IMG/VR virus record: IMGVR_UViG_3300030376_002891
Location: 52,857-72,856 of that record
Length of the DNA stretch: 20,000 bases
Strand: one strand, 5' to 3'
Source of the DNA: an uncultured virus (IMG/VR IMGVR_UViG_3300030376_002891)
Lineage: Duplodnaviria > Heunggongvirae > Uroviricota > Caudoviricetes
Shown one piece after another: positions 16,482 to 20,000 of this stretch. The position numbers and the translations under genes were made by a program. The notes beneath the pieces were generated by a model. The model did not search any database and had not been told where the DNA came from. It saw only the letters and a list, made by a program, of their open reading frames with translations. Each line of letters opens with the position of its first letter. The stretch's first letter is position 1.

Positions 16482-17660
16482 ATGGCCGAGACAGAAAAAC
16501 AAGTTGCCGAAATGACAGCTCCAGACGCTCCTAAAAAGAACGCCGTAGCTGCTGAAACTTCACCGTTAAAAAATGACGCTGAAGATTTAGGTGCTGCTGT
16601 AGTAAAACCTACAGATAGCAATCCAGACGCAACAAAAAAAGTTAAAGAAGTTTCAGGTGACGCACAGCAAAAAAACGCTGGTTCTGCTGAACCAATGCCT
16701 TCTGTAAAGAAGGAAGAAACTGCTTCTGAAGGCGAGAAGATTTCCGAGGGAGAAATGCCTGACGGTCTGAAAAAATTCCTAGATAAAAAGAAAGAAAAAG
16801 AAGAAACTAAAAAAGAAGGCTATAAGATGAAAAAAGAATCTGAAGCTGAAAAAGTGGACTCTAAATCTGAAAAATCTGAGGAAACAGCTGACCAGAAAGC
16901 AAAAGATGTTGATGTAAAAGAACACATTGACGCTTTGACCTCTGGCGAATCAGACTTGTCGGAAGAATTTAAAACGAAAGCTGCTACTATTTTTGAAGCT
17001 GCGATTAAATCTAAAGTAAAAGAAATCGCTGAAGAAATGGAAGTAGACTACAATAAGAAATTTGAAGAAGAAAGTGCTAAAGCAAAATCTGAACTTGTTG
17101 AAAAAGTTGACAATTACTTAAACTATGTTGTAAACGAGTGGATGAAAGAAAACGAACTTGCTATTGAAAAAGGTATCAAGGGAGAAATTGCTGAGGACTT
17201 CATCAACGGTCTGAAAAAACTTTTTGAAGACCATTATATTGATGTACCTGATGAAAAATATGATGTGTTAGAAGACCAAGCTTCAAAAATTGAGTCGTTA
17301 GAGAAAAAACTAAACGAACAGATTGCGAAGAATGTTGACTTGAATAGTAAGGCTAACTTACTTGAAAAATCTGACATTTTAGCTGATGTTGCTTCTGATT
17401 TAACAGATGTCTCTAAAGAGAAATTTGCTAAACTTACAGAAGAAGTTGAATTTTCAACGGCTGAAGATTTTAGAAACAAGGTAACTACTATCAAAGAAAG
17501 TTATTTTGGTGCTAAAAAAGAAGCTAATTCTGACAGCGAAGTAGATAATGCGGTAGCTGATAATGCTGGTGTAGACAATACGCAAGACTTATCTAGTGCA
17601 ATGGCTGCTTATACTACCGCTATTAGTAAAACAAAAGACATTAAATTGTCTATAAAATAA
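16482..17660 (+). CDS. gp22: Prohead core scaffolding protein gp22
   Basis: E/K-rich coiled-coil sequence with LSEEFKTKAATIFEAA, VDNYLNYVVNEWMKEN and LKKLFEDHYIDVP; between gp21 and gp23. Confidence 0.92.
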   Translation: MAETEKQVAEMTAPDAPKKNAVAAETSPLKNDAEDLGAAVVKPTDSNPDATKKVKEVSGDAQQKNAGSAEPMPSVKKEETASEGEKISEGEMPDGLKKFLDKKKEKEETKKEGYKMKKESEAEKVDSKSEKSEETADQKAKDVDVKEHIDALTSGESDLSEEFKTKAATIFEAAIKSKVKEIAEEMEVDYNKKFEEESAKAKSELVEKVDNYLNYVVNEWMKENELAIEKGIKGEIAEDFINGLKKLFEDHYIDVPDEKYDVLEDQASKIESLEKKLNEQIAKNVDLNSKANLLEKSDILADVASDLTDVSKEKFAKLTEEVEFSTAEDFRNKVTTIKESYFGAKKEANSDSEVDNAVADNAGVDNTQDLSSAMAAYTTAISKTKDIKLSIK

Positions 17661-17682
17661 TAATAGGAGAGAGGAACAAGAT

Positions 17683-19023
17683 ATGTACTTATCTGAAAAC
17701 TACCAAAAAAAGTGGCAGCCAGTATTAGAGCATCCTGATTTACCAAAAATCACGGATACTTATAAACGAGCTGTTACCAGTGTTATCCTTGAGAACCAAG
17801 AGAAAGCACTAAAAGAAGACGCTCAGTTTATGACTGAAACTGCGCCTACTAACTCAACAGGTTCTTCTATCGCTAACTGGGATCCAATTTTGATTTCATT
17901 AGTAAGAAGAGCAATGCCAAACCTTATCGCTTACGATATTGCTGGCGTTCAACCTATGAGCGGTCCTACTGGTCTTATATTTGCAATGAGAAGCAGATAC
18001 AAAGCTCAGGACGGTACTGAAGCATTATTTGATGAAGCAGAATCACAATTCTCAGCTGCAGGAACTAAAGCAAACATTCCTGGTTCAGCTGGTACTTCTT
18101 CTGCTGGAGAAACTAACCCTGCTGTACTTAACGACTCATCACCTGGAGCATACACTGCTGAAGGTGGAATGTCTACTGCTAACGCAGAAGCATTAGGAGA
18201 CGGTTCAACATCTGGATACGAGCAATTTGCTGAAATGGCATTCTCAATTGAGAAGTCAACGGTAACTGCTAAGTCAAGAGCATTGAAAGCCGAGTACACA
18301 ATGGAACTTGCACAAGACCTTAAAGCTATTCACGGTTTAGACGCTGAGTCTGAACTTGCGAATATTCTTTCTGCTGAAATCCTTGCTGAAATCAATAGAG
18401 AAGTTGTAAGAACTATCTATGTAAATTCAGAAAAAGGTGCTCAGACTGACACAACTACTGCTGGTATCTTTGATTTAGATACTGACTCAAACGGTAGATG
18501 GTCTGTTGAAAGATTTAAAGGACTTATGTTCCAATTAGAAAGAGACGCTAACGCTATCGCACAAAGAACAAGAAGAGGAAAAGGTAACATAATTATCTGT
18601 TCTTCTGATGTTGCTAGTGCATTACAAATGGCTGGTGTTTTAGACTATACACCTGCATTAAACAACAATTTATCTGTTGATGACGCAGGAAACACTTTTG
18701 CTGGAGTATTAAACGGCAGATTTAAAGTGTACATTGATCCATATTCAGCGAACCAAGCTAGCAAACAATTCTATGTTGTTGGTTACAAAGGTACTTCACC
18801 TTATGACGCTGGTATGTTCTACTGCCCTTATGTACCATTACAAATGGTTAGAGCAGTTGGTCAGGACACTTTCCAACCGAAAATCGGTTTCAAAACTAGA
18901 TACGGCCTACAAGCAAATCCTTTTGCTGAAGCTTCTTCTAGTACAGACGCTGTAATTGACGGTGCTGGTGCTGCTAACGCTAACAGATACTACAGAAAAG
19001 TACAAATCGTTAACCTTGCGTAA
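17683..19023 (+). CDS. gp23: Major capsid protein gp23
   Basis: KWQPVLEH, LVRRAMPNLIAYDIAGVQPMSGPTGLIFAMR, SRALKAEYTMELAQDLKAIHGLDAE, YCPYVPLQM and FQPKIGFKTRYG. Confidence 0.97.
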   Translation: MYLSENYQKKWQPVLEHPDLPKITDTYKRAVTSVILENQEKALKEDAQFMTETAPTNSTGSSIANWDPILISLVRRAMPNLIAYDIAGVQPMSGPTGLIFAMRSRYKAQDGTEALFDEAESQFSAAGTKANIPGSAGTSSAGETNPAVLNDSSPGAYTAEGGMSTANAEALGDGSTSGYEQFAEMAFSIEKSTVTAKSRALKAEYTMELAQDLKAIHGLDAESELANILSAEILAEINREVVRTIYVNSEKGAQTDTTTAGIFDLDTDSNGRWSVERFKGLMFQLERDANAIAQRTRRGKGNIIICSSDVASALQMAGVLDYTPALNNNLSVDDAGNTFAGVLNGRFKVYIDPYSANQASKQFYVVGYKGTSPYDAGMFYCPYVPLQMVRAVGQDTFQPKIGFKTRYGLQANPFAEASSSTDAVIDGAGAANANRYYRKVQIVNLA

Positions 19024-19058
19024 TTGCAAATAACGATTGTATAGTAGACAATCTTACG

Positions 19059-19090
19059 AAAAAAGGCGATGTAAAAGTCGCCTTTTTTTT
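19059..19090 (+). terminator. Rho-independent terminator after gp23, possibly bidirectional
   Basis: AAAAAA-GGCGAT-GTAAAA-GTCGCC-TTTTTTTT: a 6-bp stem with one G-U pair, flanked by A and T tracts. Confidence 0.88.
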
Positions 19091-19142
19091 AGCCCAAATT
19101 ATAATATTAGTATATTCAGATTTTATTATATACATCAAATGC

Positions 19143-19173
19143 TTGACACAAAAACATCTTTATGTTATAAATA
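19143..19173 (+). promoter_or_regulatory. Composite promoter: sigma70-type (-35 TTGACA, 17-bp spacer, TGn-TATAAA) overlapping a T4 late TATAAATA
   Basis: TTGACA at 19143-19148, TG at 19163-19164, TATAAATA at 19166-19173. Confidence 0.8.
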
Positions 19174-19181
19174 ATATTAAT

Positions 19182-19200
19182 AAGATAAACGAGTTATCTT
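19182..19200. repeat. 7-5-7 inverted repeat in the monooxygenase leader
   Basis: AAGATAA-ACGAG-TTATCTT, between the promoter and the AGGAGG SD (19223-19228). Confidence 0.6.
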
Positions 19201-19232
19201 TGCAATTAATGTCTGAAAGGACAGGAGGCATT

Positions 19233-20000
19233 ATGTTAAAGTTATTAACTAATGTCCGTTATTTCATTGCACCAGTATTAATAATCACAACAGCAATATC
19301 AATATTGTATGGCGGTCTATTTGCGTGGACTGGCGTTGCGTTATTAGGTGTTGGAATAATACTAGATACATTAATCACAAAGCAGACGAAAGGTGCCGTT
19401 GATGAAAACGGAGAAACACTAGGTATTGCTTGGTTGCAAAACACGGTTATGTATCTTATGTTACCTGTGTTTATATTTCTACAATGTGCTGTCGCATACA
19501 AAATTTTTAGCGGTATCACAGGACTAGAACTTGTAGGCACTACCTTATCAGCTGGTATCTTTTTAGGTATCGGTATCATCTACGGACACGAACTATCGCA
19601 TACGAAAGGTTTTGCTTTTGTTATTAGTAGATGGATGATGGCGTTAAGTGGGTCAGCACATTTCTGTTATGCTCATTGTTATAATCATCATTTAGAACTT
19701 GCGACAGAAGACGACCCAGCGACTGCTCCTCGTGGTCGTACAATCTATGGACATTATCTACTTTCATATCTTGGTCAATCAAAGTTTCTTTTTGAAATGG
19801 AGAAAGCAAGATTACAAAGACTAGATAAATCTTTTATCTGTTTTGATAACAGATGGATTAGAGGTTATCTAATGTCCGTACCTACCGTAGCACTTTTCTT
19901 TATGGCAGGTGGTTGGGTAGGTATTACTTGTCTCGCTGTAATGTGGGTAATTTCAAACTTTGAATTAGAAGCTTTGAACTATCTGGAACATTATGGTTTG
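19233..20000 (+). CDS. alkB: AlkB/XylM-family integral-membrane di-iron hydrocarbon monooxygenase (alkane 1-monooxygenase-like), 3'-truncated
   Basis: Not in the ORF track; translated by hand. AGGAGG SD, ATG at 19233, 256 open codons to the window edge (MLKLLTNVRYFIAPVLII...). Several hydrophobic segments, His box 1 HELSH (19587-19601), His box 2 HCYNHH (19674-19691), DDPATAPRG, and the alkane-hydroxylase HYG motif NYLEHYGL (19977-20000). Confidence 0.88.
   Translation, partial: MLKLLTNVRYFIAPVLIITTAISILYGGLFAWTGVALLGVGIILDTLITKQTKGAVDENGETLGIAWLQNTVMYLMLPVFIFLQCAVAYKIFSGITGLELVGTTLSAGIFLGIGIIYGHELSHTKGFAFVISRWMMALSGSAHFCYAHCYNHHLELATEDDPATAPRGRTIYGHYLLSYLGQSKFLFEMEKARLQRLDKSFICFDNRWIRGYLMSVPTVALFFMAGGWVGITCLAVMWVISNFELEALNYLEHYGL

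Noticed and set aside
16482..16920. E/K-rich low-complexity stretch in gp22 as a repeat element
   Set aside because: This is compositional bias typical of scaffold proteins; no discrete DNA repeat unit was seen.
331..18955. Short alternative-frame and antisense ORFs (e.g. 331..513, 724..912, 1057..1290, 1819..2139, 2321..2536, 8236..8553, 11824..12135, 18006..18299, 18734..18955)
   Set aside because: They overlap well-supported + strand genes and show no recognisable motifs.
19182..19200. GATAA-N5-TTATC as a Fur box
   Set aside because: The half-site spacing matches neither the 7-1-7 nor the 19-bp Fur consensus, so it is kept only as an unassigned inverted repeat.
19259..19809. Minus-strand ORFs 19259..19579 and 19624..19809 from the ORF track
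   Set aside because: They are antisense shadows of the + strand monooxygenase, which has a promoter, an SD and family motifs.
19233..20000. Fatty-acid desaturase or DNA-repair AlkB
   Set aside because: NYLEHYGL and DPATA are alkane/xylene monooxygenase motifs; DNA-repair AlkB is an unrelated soluble 2OG enzyme.
1..20000. tRNAs, CRISPR arrays, introns/inteins, homing endonucleases or stop-codon recoding
   Set aside because: None seen by eye: core genes are uninterrupted and of normal length, TAA, TAG and TGA all act as stops, and intergenic gaps are short with no repeat-spacer pattern. A covariance-model scan would be needed to exclude small RNAs.

Overview
AT-rich segment of a T4-like myophage genome, probably aquatic; all credible genes are on the + strand. 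The backbone is the T4-type virion module gp13-gp14-gp15-gp16-gp17-gp18-gp19-gp20-(4 small ORFs)-gp21-gp22-gp23, with T4-type late promoters (TATAAATA). Metabolic genes are inserted at three sites. (1) Between an RCC1-repeat protein and gp13 lies an overlapping five-gene tetrapyrrole cassette: a degenerate heme-oxygenase paralog lacking the catalytic motifs, an intact heme oxygenase, a PcyX-type ferredoxin-dependent bilin reductase, a Shemin-pathway 5-aminolevulinate synthase and a small membrane protein. (2) A 2OG-Fe(II) oxygenase-like gene lies between gp15 and gp16. (3) After the gp23 terminator is an AlkB/XylM-family membrane di-iron hydrocarbon monooxygenase (19233 to beyond 20000) that is missing from the supplied ORF track. 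The tetrapyrrole cassette and the monooxygenase share a similar promoter-plus-inverted-repeat leader. All family calls are from motif recognition by eye; no searches were run.
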